Shown here: positions 8,576 through 17,222 of the stretch, piece after piece
Numbering within the stretch: the first letter of the stretch is position 1
Layout of the letters: every line of letters starts with the position of its first letter
Source of the DNA: Patescibacteria group bacterium
GTDB lineage: Bacteria > Patescibacteriota > Patescibacteriia > UBA9934 > GWF2-40-263
Length of the DNA stretch: 64,000 nt
Assembly (NCBI GenBank): GCA_004297215.1
Contig: SCUM01000001.1
Location: 219,642-283,641, forward strand
Direction: 5' to 3'
Translations under genes and position numbers: made by a program
Notes under the pieces: generated by a model
The model's database searches: none
Told to the model about the DNA's origin: nothing
The model's input: the letters and a program-made list of their open reading frames with translations, nothing else

Positions 8576-10195
8576 TCACGCCGTCCCTTCGGCGGGCGGG
8601 ATGGCCTCCTCGGGGGCGGCCTTGCGCAATACCTTACGACGCATCCCTTCCATGAGGTCGTGAAGCTCGCGCGTGCGCAGGAGCCGACAGATCGCCACGT
8701 ACGCCGCGAGCCCGAGTCCGCCGGCGATGAATCCCTGGCCGAACACGCCGAAGAAGGTGTCAATCGAGAACAGGGAGAGCACGAGCGGCTTGGTGGCCTG
8801 CATCACGGCGGAGGCGACCATGGACGCGAGCGCGATACGGACGAGCGAGGGGAACATGCTCGCCTCGCCCAGCGTCCCCACGCGCCCGCGCAGCGTGGCC
8901 CACAGGAGCGCCGCGTTCGCGAATGACGCGAGCGAGAACGCCATGGCGAGCCCCGTGACCCCGAAGGGGCCGGTGAGCCAGAAGGCGGTCACGATTCCCA
9001 GGATGCCGGACATGATGCCGGCGACAAGCGGAGTCGCCGTGTCGTGCAGGGCGAAGAACGCGCGTGAAAGGAGATACACGAGCGATTGCGGGACGAAAGA
9101 CAACGCGAAGAACGCGAGCGTATCCGCCGTGACGATGGTCGCGGGCCAATCGAACGCCCCGGCGCCTACCACGACGCGCACCACCTGGGCGCGCACGACC
9201 AGGAACAGCGCGGTGAGCGGGACGATGAAGAACAGCATCTGGCGCACGGACGTCGCGAACGTCTCCACGAACCGATCGTCCTCCTTCCTGGCCGCGTGCT
9301 CGGCAAGCGATGGGAACGCGGCGATGGCGAAGGACACGCCCACGATCCCCACCGGGAAGAACTGGATGTTGTAGGCGAACTGGAACACGGTCACCGATCC
9401 TTCGCTGAGCGTGGACGCGATTCCCGCGAGCGCCACGAACGTGAGCTGCGCGACGGCGATCCCGATCATGCGCGGAGCGGTGAGGCGGAACACCTCGCGC
9501 GCGTCCCTGTCCAGGATCGGCCGCTTGAACGCGGGCCGCCATCCGGCGTTCCATACCCCGATCCCCTGCACGAGTGCGTGCAGCAGGGCCCCCAGCACCA
9601 CGCCCCACGCAAGCCCGATGGGCCCGATGGAGCGCGCGAGCGTCACGGCGCCGACGATGATTCCCAGGTTATAGAGCACGGGCGCGCTCGCGTAGAGCAC
9701 GAACCGCTTCATCCCCTGCAAGGCGCTCCCGAACACGATCGAAAACGAAAGGATGGCCTGCGCGAGCAACATCACGCGCATGTGTCCGGCGACCATCAGC
9801 TGCTTCTGCGGCGCGAATCCAGGCGCGACGAGCGCGGCGAGCGGGTTCGCGAGCGCGGCGGCCACGAGCGCGACCAGTCCCATCCCGACCACGACCACGG
9901 CAAGCACGTGCGAGGTGAGCCGCCACGCGCGCTCATGCGCGAGAGGATTCCCCCAGTACGAGGTGAACAACGGGATGAATCCGGCGGACAAGGACCCCAC
10001 CACGATCAGGGCGAACAGGAGGTCCGGCACCTTGAACGCCGCGTAGTACGCGTCGAGCGTGTCCCCGGCGCCGAATTCGCCGGCAAGGACGCGGTCTCGG
10101 ATGAGACCGAGGAAGCGGCTCGCGAACGAAAGGACGCCGACCACGGTGGCGGCGCCCACGATCGATTTTGACTCGGCGTTCAGGAACTTGAGCAC
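8576..10195 (-). CDS. murJ: lipid II flippase MurJ/MviN
   Basis: Polytopic membrane protein with a MurJ-like N-terminus. A GTG start is inferred at 10193-10195, abutting the upstream stop. Confidence 0.75.
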   Translation of the reverse strand: MLKFLNAESKSIVGAATVVGVLSFASRFLGLIRDRVLAGEFGAGDTLDAYYAAFKVPDLLFALIVVGSLSAGFIPLFTSYWGNPLAHERAWRLTSHVLAVVVVGMGLVALVAAALANPLAALVAPGFAPQKQLMVAGHMRVMLLAQAILSFSIVFGSALQGMKRFVLYASAPVLYNLGIIVGAVTLARSIGPIGLAWGVVLGALLHALVQGIGVWNAGWRPAFKRPILDRDAREVFRLTAPRMIGIAVAQLTFVALAGIASTLSEGSVTVFQFAYNIQFFPVGIVGVSFAIAAFPSLAEHAARKEDDRFVETFATSVRQMLFFIVPLTALFLVVRAQVVRVVVGAGAFDWPATIVTADTLAFFALSFVPQSLVYLLSRAFFALHDTATPLVAGIMSGILGIVTAFWLTGPFGVTGLAMAFSLASFANAALLWATLRGRVGTLGEASMFPSLVRIALASMVASAVMQATKPLVLSLFSIDTFFGVFGQGFIAGGLGLAAYVAICRLLRTRELHDLMEGMRRKVLRKAAPEEAIPPAEGTA

Positions 10196-10196
10196 A

Positions 10197-11465
10197 TCAA
10201 TCCTCGCGGCGGACGGAGAGCCTCTTTCCCTTTCCCGTCTCCCCCCGTGGCGCTTCTGGGACCTCCTTCGGACGGATCGCCTCGGGCAGGTCGATCGCCA
10301 GCTCGTAATCCCGTTCCTTATGCACCGCGAAGGTGGTGCGCACGAGGGTGAACAGCCCGCACAGAAGCAGCACGCAGAGCAAGGCCACGGCCCCTTGCAT
10401 GATCGGATTCCCCAGGCTGAAGAACGGCACCTGGACCTGCGTCTCATCCTTGGTCTCCCGACCGTCAGGATCGGTCACGCTAAGGCGGATGCGGTAGCTG
10501 CCGGAGGCGGCGTACGCATGTTCGAGGGCGTATTGGTTTGACGTGACCCCGTCGCCGAAATCCCACTGAAACCGATAGCCGGGCAGGTCGGGAGTGAGCG
10601 CCTTCACGGCGAAACGGTTCCAATCCAGGCGATCCGTGCTGAACACGGCGGAAATCATCCCGACGTCTCCATCGGGCCGTCCTGTGTCCTCTGCCGTCGG
10701 TTCGACGGGGGGTTCCGGCGGCGGCGTTTCTGAAGTGACGGCCGCCTCGACAGGCGCCGGAGCGGATGCGACGGGGGCCGGTTTTGCCGGCGCGGGGGCC
10801 GGGGCGGGCGCGGGGGCTGGAGGCGGCTCCTTCGTCCTGGTCGGATCGGTCGGGAACACGTCGTCCTTGTCGGACACGCCGTCGCCATCGGTATCCTTCT
10901 TGAGCGGGCTGGTGCCGATTTCCCTTTCCACGTCGTCGGAAAGGCCGTCATCGTCGTCGTCCTCGTCGCAGGCGTCCCCCTGCCCGTCCTTATCCGTGTC
11001 CTTCTGGTCCGCGTTCTTCTTGGAAACGCAATTGTCCTTCTCGTCCACGACCGCGTCGTGGTCCTGGTCCGCGATCGGGGTGAACAGCCCGGTGATGGCG
11101 ACGTCATTGCCGGCGTTCGTATCCTGCGGATCGGTCCCCTTGATCTCGGCGCGGATGTTGAACGACCCCGCCGGGACGGTGAAGTCCACGAACACGTCCT
11201 CGGGCACGCCGTCGGCCCGCACCGATATCACCTGGCTGTCGCCGACCGGGATGGACCCCTGGAAGAACGACACGTATCCGCTCATGTCCTCCGTCCCCAC
11301 GTTGCGGACCTGCGCATACAACCGGATGCGATCCCCGGCCACCAGCGTCTTCACGGAGAAGGAAATGTCGCTCGATCGGATGCTCAAATCGTTCGTCGCA
11401 CAGAGGGCGGCGACGGGGGCGAGGGTCAGCGCGAGGATGATGAGGAAACGGCGGAACATAGCCAC
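10197..11465 (-). CDS. cell-surface protein: signal peptide, CARDB-like N-domain, thrombospondin type-3 Ca-binding Asp repeats, PA-rich linker, PKD domain, C-terminal TM anchor
   Basis: DxDxDGxxD repeats, a PAPAPAPAPA stretch and the WDFGDG...Y.I.L.V.D PKD signature in a 422-aa ORF. Confidence 0.7.
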   Translation of the reverse strand: MAMFRRFLIILALTLAPVAALCATNDLSIRSSDISFSVKTLVAGDRIRLYAQVRNVGTEDMSGYVSFFQGSIPVGDSQVISVRADGVPEDVFVDFTVPAGSFNIRAEIKGTDPQDTNAGNDVAITGLFTPIADQDHDAVVDEKDNCVSKKNADQKDTDKDGQGDACDEDDDDDGLSDDVEREIGTSPLKKDTDGDGVSDKDDVFPTDPTRTKEPPPAPAPAPAPAPAKPAPVASAPAPVEAAVTSETPPPEPPVEPTAEDTGRPDGDVGMISAVFSTDRLDWNRFAVKALTPDLPGYRFQWDFGDGVTSNQYALEHAYAASGSYRIRLSVTDPDGRETKDETQVQVPFFSLGNPIMQGAVALLCVLLLCGLFTLVRTTFAVHKERDYELAIDLPEAIRPKEVPEAPRGETGKGKRLSVRRED

Positions 11466-11474
11466 ATGATACCA

Positions 11475-12035
11475 CTATCCGACCTTGCGGACGGAGGCCC
11501 GGTCACCCGCGGTTACCCACAGTTCGGCCGCCTCGTCGGGAGAGAGGTGGCATTCGAGGGCAAAACTTGGATGCACGCGCACCAGGACATGCTCGACGTG
11601 CGCCCCCGTCTTGTAGAGTTCGAGCGTGACCACGTCTCCGTCCTTCACCCCCAGCCGTGTGGCGTCCGCGCCGTTCGCATGCAGGTGCCGGATGGGGATG
11701 ATGGCGCATTTGCGCCGGACCTGGCCGTGCGGCCCGCGGAGCGTGACCGTGGCGGCGCCCGAAAGCTCGCCGCTCGCGCGCACCGGCGCATCCACCCCGA
11801 GCGCCGCGGCCTCCACGGGCGACAGCTCGAGCTGCGTGGACTCGCGCGCCGGGCCCAGCACGCGCACATGCTCGAGGATCCCCTGCTCGCCGATCACCGC
11901 GACCGTCTCCTTGAACACGTGCTGTCCCTTATGGCCGAGCTCGGCGATCGGCGCGAGCTTCGAGCCGAACAACGCGTCCATGTCCTTTTGCGACAGGTGG
12001 ACGTGCCGATGATGGACGATGATCGGGATTTTCAT
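11475..12035 (-). CDS. pduL: phosphate propanoyl/acetyl-transferase PduL-type
   Basis: Two PduL repeats: IPIIVHHRHVHLSQKDMDALFG and IIPIRHLHANGADATRLGV, plus VRVLGPARESTQLELS. Start taken at the internal Met (12033-35). Confidence 0.8.
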   Translation of the reverse strand: MKIPIIVHHRHVHLSQKDMDALFGSKLAPIAELGHKGQHVFKETVAVIGEQGILEHVRVLGPARESTQLELSPVEAAALGVDAPVRASGELSGAATVTLRGPHGQVRRKCAIIPIRHLHANGADATRLGVKDGDVVTLELYKTGAHVEHVLVRVHPSFALECHLSPDEAAELWVTAGDRASVRKVG

Positions 12036-12067
12036 ACGTCTCGATGCCTCAGGAATCCCTGAAGCCT

Positions 12068-12796
12068 TCACGCCTGCGGCCTTCCCGCCTTTCCATGCCC
12101 GAACGAATAGTTGAACAGGTCGTGCTTGATCGGCCCGAGCGTGGCCAGGTGCAGCTCGGCCAGCATGAACTTGAGCGCGATGTTCACGCGTCCGTCGCGG
12201 TCGAGCCGGCGCACGGACACCGGCACCTTGAACGGCAGGAACCCGAACGAGCCCGCGCGCGCGCCACGGCGCGCGTAGTCGTGGTCTTCGCAGAACGTGA
12301 CGCTCTCGTCGAACCCGCCGATCGCGTCATGGAGCGACCTGCGTACGAGCAGGCAGAACCCGGGCGCATGCGGGAACGCCTTGCCGAGGGCGCGGACGTA
12401 GCGGTTATAGGCGCCGTGCATCACATGGTCGAGTGGGGCGTCGGAAAGGGGGAACACGTCGCATGTGGCGAGGTCGAGCTTGCGGTCTCGCATGCACGCG
12501 ACGGCCTGCTCGAGGAACGTCGGGTCATCAAGCTCCACGTCGGCGTCGAGGAACAGGATGAGCTCGGTGGATGCATGCGCGGCGCCGCGATTGCGTCCGG
12601 GACCTGGCATGCCGCCATCCACCACGCGCGCGCCAAACGAAACCGCGACCTCTCGCGTTCGATCGGTCGAAAACGCGTCCGCCACGATGATTTCGGCAGG
12701 CTGAAGCGTCTGGCGACGGATGGACGCGAGAAGGCGCGGCAGGTAAGTCTCTTCGTCTTTGGCGGGGATGACGATGGTCAGCACACTACCACCCAT
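12068..12796 (-). CDS. family 2 glycosyltransferase
   Basis: GT2 core ...ADA.S.D.T and a DAD motif. Start at the Met abutting the upstream TAG. The C-terminal 7 aa are encoded by a REP copy. Confidence 0.65.
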   Translation of the reverse strand: MGGSVLTIVIPAKDEETYLPRLLASIRRQTLQPAEIIVADAFSTDRTREVAVSFGARVVDGGMPGPGRNRGAAHASTELILFLDADVELDDPTFLEQAVACMRDRKLDLATCDVFPLSDAPLDHVMHGAYNRYVRALGKAFPHAPGFCLLVRRSLHDAIGGFDESVTFCEDHDYARRGARAGSFGFLPFKVPVSVRRLDRDGRVNIALKFMLAELHLATLGPIKHDLFNYSFGHGKAGRPQA

Positions 12797-12797
12797 C

Positions 12798-13277
12798 CTA
12801 GCCGATTTTGCGTCCAAGGACAAACAACGCGACCCCTGTCGCCACGGCCACGTTGAGCGACCGTTTGGCGCCAGGAAGCGGGATTTCCACGGTCGCATCG
12901 CAAGCCGCAACGACTTCTTTGGGGACGCCTTCCACCTCGCTGCCCAGGATCAGGGCGAGACCGGGAGATTGCTTCGTCCCCTTCGACAAGCTCAGGGTCC
13001 TCGCAAAGACAGATAGGTCAACTGCCCCTTCGCGATTGTCGAGCGCGACGACCGTCATCCCCTTTCCCTTCAATTCCACGATGAGCGCCAGCACGTCTTC
13101 CCGCTTTTCCCACGGCATACGGTCCTGACTTCCCAAAGCCGTCTTCGCGATCTCATTCCTTGGCGGAGTCCCGGTGTATCCGGTAAGGTACAATTTCTCC
13201 ACGCCAAAGGCATCGGCGCTCCGAAAGATGGAACCGACGTTATGGAGGCTGCGGATGTCGTGGGCGATGAGGAACAT
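12798..13277 (-). CDS. SPOUT (SpoU/TrmH-family) RNA 2'-O-methyltransferase, TrmL-like
   Basis: 159 aa with SpoU motifs (..LILGSE..GV.., E.PLPGA..SLNVA.A). Confidence 0.65.
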   Translation of the reverse strand: MFLIAHDIRSLHNVGSIFRSADAFGVEKLYLTGYTGTPPRNEIAKTALGSQDRMPWEKREDVLALIVELKGKGMTVVALDNREGAVDLSVFARTLSLSKGTKQSPGLALILGSEVEGVPKEVVAACDATVEIPLPGAKRSLNVAVATGVALFVLGRKIG

Positions 13278-13330
13278 GGGGAAAGGTTTGAAGGGTTGTA
13301 AGGGTTGTAAAGGTGTAGGATGTCTTTTTT

Positions 13331-14695
13331 GTGAAATTATATCAACCGATAAGCGGCAAGATCGAACGTCTCGCGCATGACGGCAGCGGGGAGATTTCGC
13401 GTGCCGAAGGAAAGCCGTATTTCATCTACAACACGATTCCTGGCGAGACGATCACGGCGCTCCCGTTCAAGCGGGCGAAGGAAGGCGTGCGCGCGGAACT
13501 TCAGTCCGTGGCCGAAGCGTCGCTGGATCGCGTCAAACCGACCTGCCCGTATGCCGGCACCTGCGGCGGATGCAAATGGCAGCACATGGGCTACGAGCGC
13601 CAGCTCGCCGAAAAGCTTGCTGGCATCCGTGACGCCTTCGAGAAGGCCGGCCTTACATGTCCCGTCTCTTCCGTGATGCCCTGCCCGGACCCGCTGTACT
13701 ACCGCAATCGGATGGATTACGTGTTCGGTCGCAACGGGGAGCTCGGGCTCAAGCAGCCCAACAAGTGGTGGGCCACGCTCGATCTGGAAACCTGTTATCT
13801 CCTTTCTGAAGAGTCCGTCGAGGTGACGAGACGCGTCCGTGAATGGACACGAAAGACGGGTCTGCCCTTCTGGGACGCGAAGACACAAACGGGATTCTTC
13901 CGCTACCTCGTCATACGCGAGGGAAAGAACACGGGCGAGCGCATGGTAATGATCGTCACCGCTCGACCTGAAGCTCCCCAAGCTCATCAAGCTCTTCAAG
14001 AACTCCCCGCTCTTCTCGACAATCTGGCGACGTCCGTCATCTGGGGCATCAACCCGCATCTGACGGACCTTTCGATCGCCCACGAGATCATCCCGCTCAA
14101 AGGCAACCCGTGGATCCACGAACGGGTGAACGGCGTCTCCTACAAGATCACGCCCAACGCCTTTTTCCAGACCAACACGGTGATGGCCGCGAAGCTGCAA
14201 GACACGGTCCGTGATTTCTGCGGCGACCTGTCGGGCAAGACGCTGCTTGATCTGTACTGCGGGTCAGGATTCTTCTCGCTGGCGCTGGCGCGCGACCCCC
14301 TCATGCTCCCCCTTTCCAAGGGGGAGGTAGCGCGAGTGATCGGCATCGAGCTGTCGGCTGAGGCTATTGAGTGTGCGAAGGAGAATGCGGTCGCGAACGG
14401 GATAACTGCCGAATATTTCGCCTCATCCGCCGAAGCGTTCGACTGGAAAGGCTACGCGCCGGACGTGGTGATCCTCGACCCACCGCGCGCCGGGATGCAC
14501 CCGAAGGTAATCGAAACGATCCTTGAGGCCGCGCCTCCAGTCCTTGTGTACGTATCCTGCAGTTATACGCGTTTTATCCAGGAATTCACGAAGCTCGGCG
14601 ATAAGTACGTCCTCGACTCCGCCACCGCCCTCGACCTATTCCCGCAGACGCCGCACGTGGAGTGCGTGTTCAAACTCGTCCGTCGTCAATCATAA
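13331..14695 (+). CDS. rlmD: 23S rRNA (uracil-5-)-methyltransferase RlmD/RumA (TRAM + 4Fe-4S + SAM MTase)
   Basis: CPYAGTCGGCKWQ cluster, DPPRAG, and the C-terminal DLFPQTPHVE motif. Confidence 0.88.
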   Translation: MKLYQPISGKIERLAHDGSGEISRAEGKPYFIYNTIPGETITALPFKRAKEGVRAELQSVAEASLDRVKPTCPYAGTCGGCKWQHMGYERQLAEKLAGIRDAFEKAGLTCPVSSVMPCPDPLYYRNRMDYVFGRNGELGLKQPNKWWATLDLETCYLLSEESVEVTRRVREWTRKTGLPFWDAKTQTGFFRYLVIREGKNTGERMVMIVTARPEAPQAHQALQELPALLDNLATSVIWGINPHLTDLSIAHEIIPLKGNPWIHERVNGVSYKITPNAFFQTNTVMAAKLQDTVRDFCGDLSGKTLLDLYCGSGFFSLALARDPLMLPLSKGEVARVIGIELSAEAIECAKENAVANGITAEYFASSAEAFDWKGYAPDVVILDPPRAGMHPKVIETILEAAPPVLVYVSCSYTRFIQEFTKLGDKYVLDSATALDLFPQTPHVECVFKLVRRQS

Positions 14696-14943
14696 ATGGA
14701 ATGGTCGCCGATCGAATGGAAAAGTGCATGATGCCGGTCGATGAGCCGAAAGATGATCCGATAACGAAAATTAATCGAGAACGACCAATATTCCTGGAGT
14801 CTGCCGGTCAATTTATGCGTCTTGAGTGTAGGCTCGAACGGGTCAACCAAGAAACGCTCGACGCGGTCTTTCACGATGGAACGAAGCGATGCCGGCAGCT
14901 TCTTCGCTTCGCGCGCGAACCTGGAGGTATAGCTGACTTCCAC
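14686..14943 (-). CDS. type II toxin, RelE/ParE superfamily
   Basis: C-terminal ..YRIIFRLIDRHHALFHSIGDHSIYD is typical of RelE/ParE. A GTG start is inferred 5 nt after the antitoxin stop. Confidence 0.7.
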   Translation of the reverse strand: MEVSYTSRFAREAKKLPASLRSIVKDRVERFLVDPFEPTLKTHKLTGRLQEYWSFSINFRYRIIFRLIDRHHALFHSIGDHSIYD

Positions 14944-14948
14944 AGTCC

Positions 14949-15167
14949 CTAGGCCCAAAGTTCATCGATCTTTTTCAGCTTCTTCGCCTTGCCTGCCGTG
15001 AATTCCTTCTCGCCTTCCTGCAGGTCAACCAGCAACCGTCCGGCCATCCAATCACGGAGCAGGTGCCTGAAAAACTCGCTTTTCGAAGCATAGTGCTTCC
15101 CCTTCACCTCCCGGTCCACGACCGCGTTCAGTTCCGCGGGCAAAGAGATGTTCACGACGTTGCGCAT
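14949..15167 (-). CDS. type II antitoxin, ribbon-helix-helix (ParD/CopG-like)
   Basis: VNISLPAELNAVVD...ASKSEFFRHLLRDW RHH signature. Lies upstream of and adjacent to the toxin. Confidence 0.7.
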   Translation of the reverse strand: MRNVVNISLPAELNAVVDREVKGKHYASKSEFFRHLLRDWMAGRLLVDLQEGEKEFTAGKAKKLKKIDELWA

Positions 15168-15175
15168 ATCCAAGG

Positions 15176-15196
15176 CTGTAATAATATGTATTACAG
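15176..15196. promoter_or_regulatory. perfect 21-bp palindrome CTGTAATAATATGTATTACAG just upstream of the antitoxin start; candidate TA autoregulatory operator / -10 region
   Basis: Inverted repeat seen directly. Confidence 0.45.
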
Positions 15197-15197
15197 T

Positions 15198-15293
15198 ATG
15201 TCATCGGGCAGGCTCCGTCAAATCGCCGCCACCCTCGACCTGTTCCCGAACACGCCGCATGTAGAGGGCGCGTTCAAGCTGGTGAGGAAATAA
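15198..15293 (+). pseudogene. degenerate duplicate of the rlmD 3' end (encodes ..IAATLDLFPNTPHVEGAFKLVRK*)
   Basis: About 80% nucleotide identity to 14618-14695, and protein-level identity to the RlmD C-terminus. Confidence 0.6.
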
Positions 15294-15336
15294 AAAAACA
15301 GCTCCCGAGTCGGGAAGCCGTTGAGACAGTCGGACG

Positions 15337-16161
15337 TCAAAGAGGTGATTCAACCCCATCGCGAACCCGAATTACTTTGCCACCAGGCAAATGGCAGAAG
15401 GCAGGGTAGACGTCGAAGGACCAATGTATTTGGCCGTTCTCCTCGTCATGCTCGAATTCCACTGTCGGAAACGTGTCTCCTACGTCCCCATAAGGACCGT
15501 AAATCTTTCCATCAGCCACTATAGTCACGTGAATGCCTTCTCTCAAAAAGATAAAGGTGTGACCGGCAAATGTCCGTACCGATTTAATGTGATTGTCCGG
15601 ATGGAACGGCCCAATCCTCCAGCCGTCTCCGATAAGGAATAATTCATTCGGCTCGAGGATCGCAGCGATGATGCCGTATTCTTGATACAACGTGATCGAA
15701 TCGCGTCTGAACGGTTCGCTCAATGTCCCGTTCGTGATGAGGAACGATTGTCCGCCGCGTTGCACAATGAATCCGTTGCCCCACCAACCGTCTGGCAGGA
15801 CTTTCTCGACATCGAACGGCACGCCATTCACTTCCCCCGTCACCACCGTGGCGACGGCCCCATCGGGATACGCCTTCAGGAAGCGGTCTCCGTCGGCAAG
15901 CAGCAGATATTCGTCATTCTCCTTTTTGGACGGCCTGCCACGTGATTTCGCAAGGATGCCGAGCATCTCATCAGGCATCTCGAGGAGCGCCTGAATATGC
16001 GCCGGCGTGATTCGGCCAGCGTTGAACTGCTGGAGCAGTTCGATGATCTGGTTTGGAATGGACGCTTTCGCCACGATGCACCTCTTTACCGTTCGGAAGC
16101 GCGCAGGTGTTCCCACGTTCGCTTCTCCGGGCATGGCATGACCACACGACGGATGTCGCAC
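15337..16161 (-). CDS. hypothetical protein (start uncertain), lower-GC (~50%) gene adjacent to TA cassette
   Basis: 274-aa ORF with no recognisable family. Confidence 0.5.
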   Translation of the reverse strand: MRHPSCGHAMPGEANVGTPARFRTVKRCIVAKASIPNQIIELLQQFNAGRITPAHIQALLEMPDEMLGILAKSRGRPSKKENDEYLLLADGDRFLKAYPDGAVATVVTGEVNGVPFDVEKVLPDGWWGNGFIVQRGGQSFLITNGTLSEPFRRDSITLYQEYGIIAAILEPNELFLIGDGWRIGPFHPDNHIKSVRTFAGHTFIFLREGIHVTIVADGKIYGPYGDVGDTFPTVEFEHDEENGQIHWSFDVYPAFCHLPGGKVIRVRDGVESPL

Positions 16162-16235
16162 GGGTCCAGTTGGACACGCGTAAAATAGCTCAATCTTGCC
16201 AAAATGTCAATCCTCTGCTAGCCTACGCGTAATTT

Positions 16236-17105
16236 ATGGCTGAAACGCAGAAGAAATCCGGGTTCGCCGTGATGGTGGGGCGCTCCAACGTGGGGAAATC
16301 CACGATCTTGAACGAACTCGTTGGCTCCAAGGTGGCCATCACCACGCCAAAGCCGCAAACCACCCGCCTGCCCGTTCAGGGCATCGTTTCGCGTCCGGAA
16401 GGACAGGTGGTGTTCGTGGACACGCCGGGGATCATCCAGAAGTCCCGCGATTCCCTCACCCAGCGGATGACCAAGTCGGCAAAGGACTCGCTGCGCGACA
16501 TCGACGTGGTGCTGTATGTCGTGGACCCCACCCGTCACATCGGGGACGAGGAAAAGGCCGTGATGCGCATGCTCGAGGACGTGACGAAACCCAAGTTCCT
16601 CGTGATCAACAAGATGGACCTGCCCGAGGGCGAACGGGAATTCCAGGACTATTACGACGACCTTCAGGGGCTCTACGACGGGACGTTCGAGGTATCCGGC
16701 AAGACCGGCAAGGGCCTTGATGCGCTGCTCGCGGCGGTGTTCGAGAAGCTGCCGGAGGGCGAACCGTATTATCCGGAAGGCCAGCTCACCAACATGCCGA
16801 GCGAGCGCTGGGTGGCCGAGCTCATCCGCGAGAAGCTGTTCCTGCGCCTACGCGAGGAAGTGCCTTACTCCACGCACGTGGAGGTGGAAGAGCTGGAGCG
16901 CCGCGAGGACGGGACGATGTACGTCAAGGCGACCGTCTACACCACGGAGGAGCGCTACAAGCGCATGATCATCGGCGCGCGCGGCCAGGGCATCAAGGAG
17001 ATCGGAAGCAGCACGCGGCATGAGCTGGAGGCCGTGATGCAGACGAAAGTGTTCCTGGACCTGAACGTGGACACGGACCCGCATTGGGTGGACAGGATGG
17101 AGTGA
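16236..17105 (+). CDS. era: GTPase Era
   Basis: GRSNVGKSTILN G1 motif, DTPG, NKMD, and a KH domain at the C-terminus. Confidence 0.92.
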   Translation: MAETQKKSGFAVMVGRSNVGKSTILNELVGSKVAITTPKPQTTRLPVQGIVSRPEGQVVFVDTPGIIQKSRDSLTQRMTKSAKDSLRDIDVVLYVVDPTRHIGDEEKAVMRMLEDVTKPKFLVINKMDLPEGEREFQDYYDDLQGLYDGTFEVSGKTGKGLDALLAAVFEKLPEGEPYYPEGQLTNMPSERWVAELIREKLFLRLREEVPYSTHVEVEELERREDGTMYVKATVYTTEERYKRMIIGARGQGIKEIGSSTRHELEAVMQTKVFLDLNVDTDPHWVDRME

Positions 17106-17222
17106 GCGAAAACTTGAAACGTGAAAACTTGAAATCTTGAAAGGAAACGTGAAAACTTTTGAAAAGGCGAAACGGATAAACCGCTTCGTCTTTTTTCATC
17201 GTTTCAAAGTTTCAAGTTTTTC
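17106..17222. terminator. AT-rich intergenic palindromic repeat structure (GAAAACTTGAAA x3 direct + inverted copy) between convergent era and pilD; probable bidirectional terminator
   Basis: Direct and inverted repeats seen in sequence. Confidence 0.5.

Noticed and set aside
8536-8763. 5' in-frame extensions of ORFs for alaS, murJ, cysS, pilD, nrdD, uvrC, rsmH, copA, infA, the GT2 gene, pilM and the pilin-like gene
   Set aside because: Internal start codons give N-termini matching the protein families. Each internal start abuts the stop of the upstream gene. The extensions are low-complexity Arg/Pro-rich sequence.
12035-12071. pduL start at the first Met (MKASGIPEASRR..)
   Set aside because: Those 12 codons are encoded by the REP element. 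The second Met precedes the conserved PduL N-terminus.
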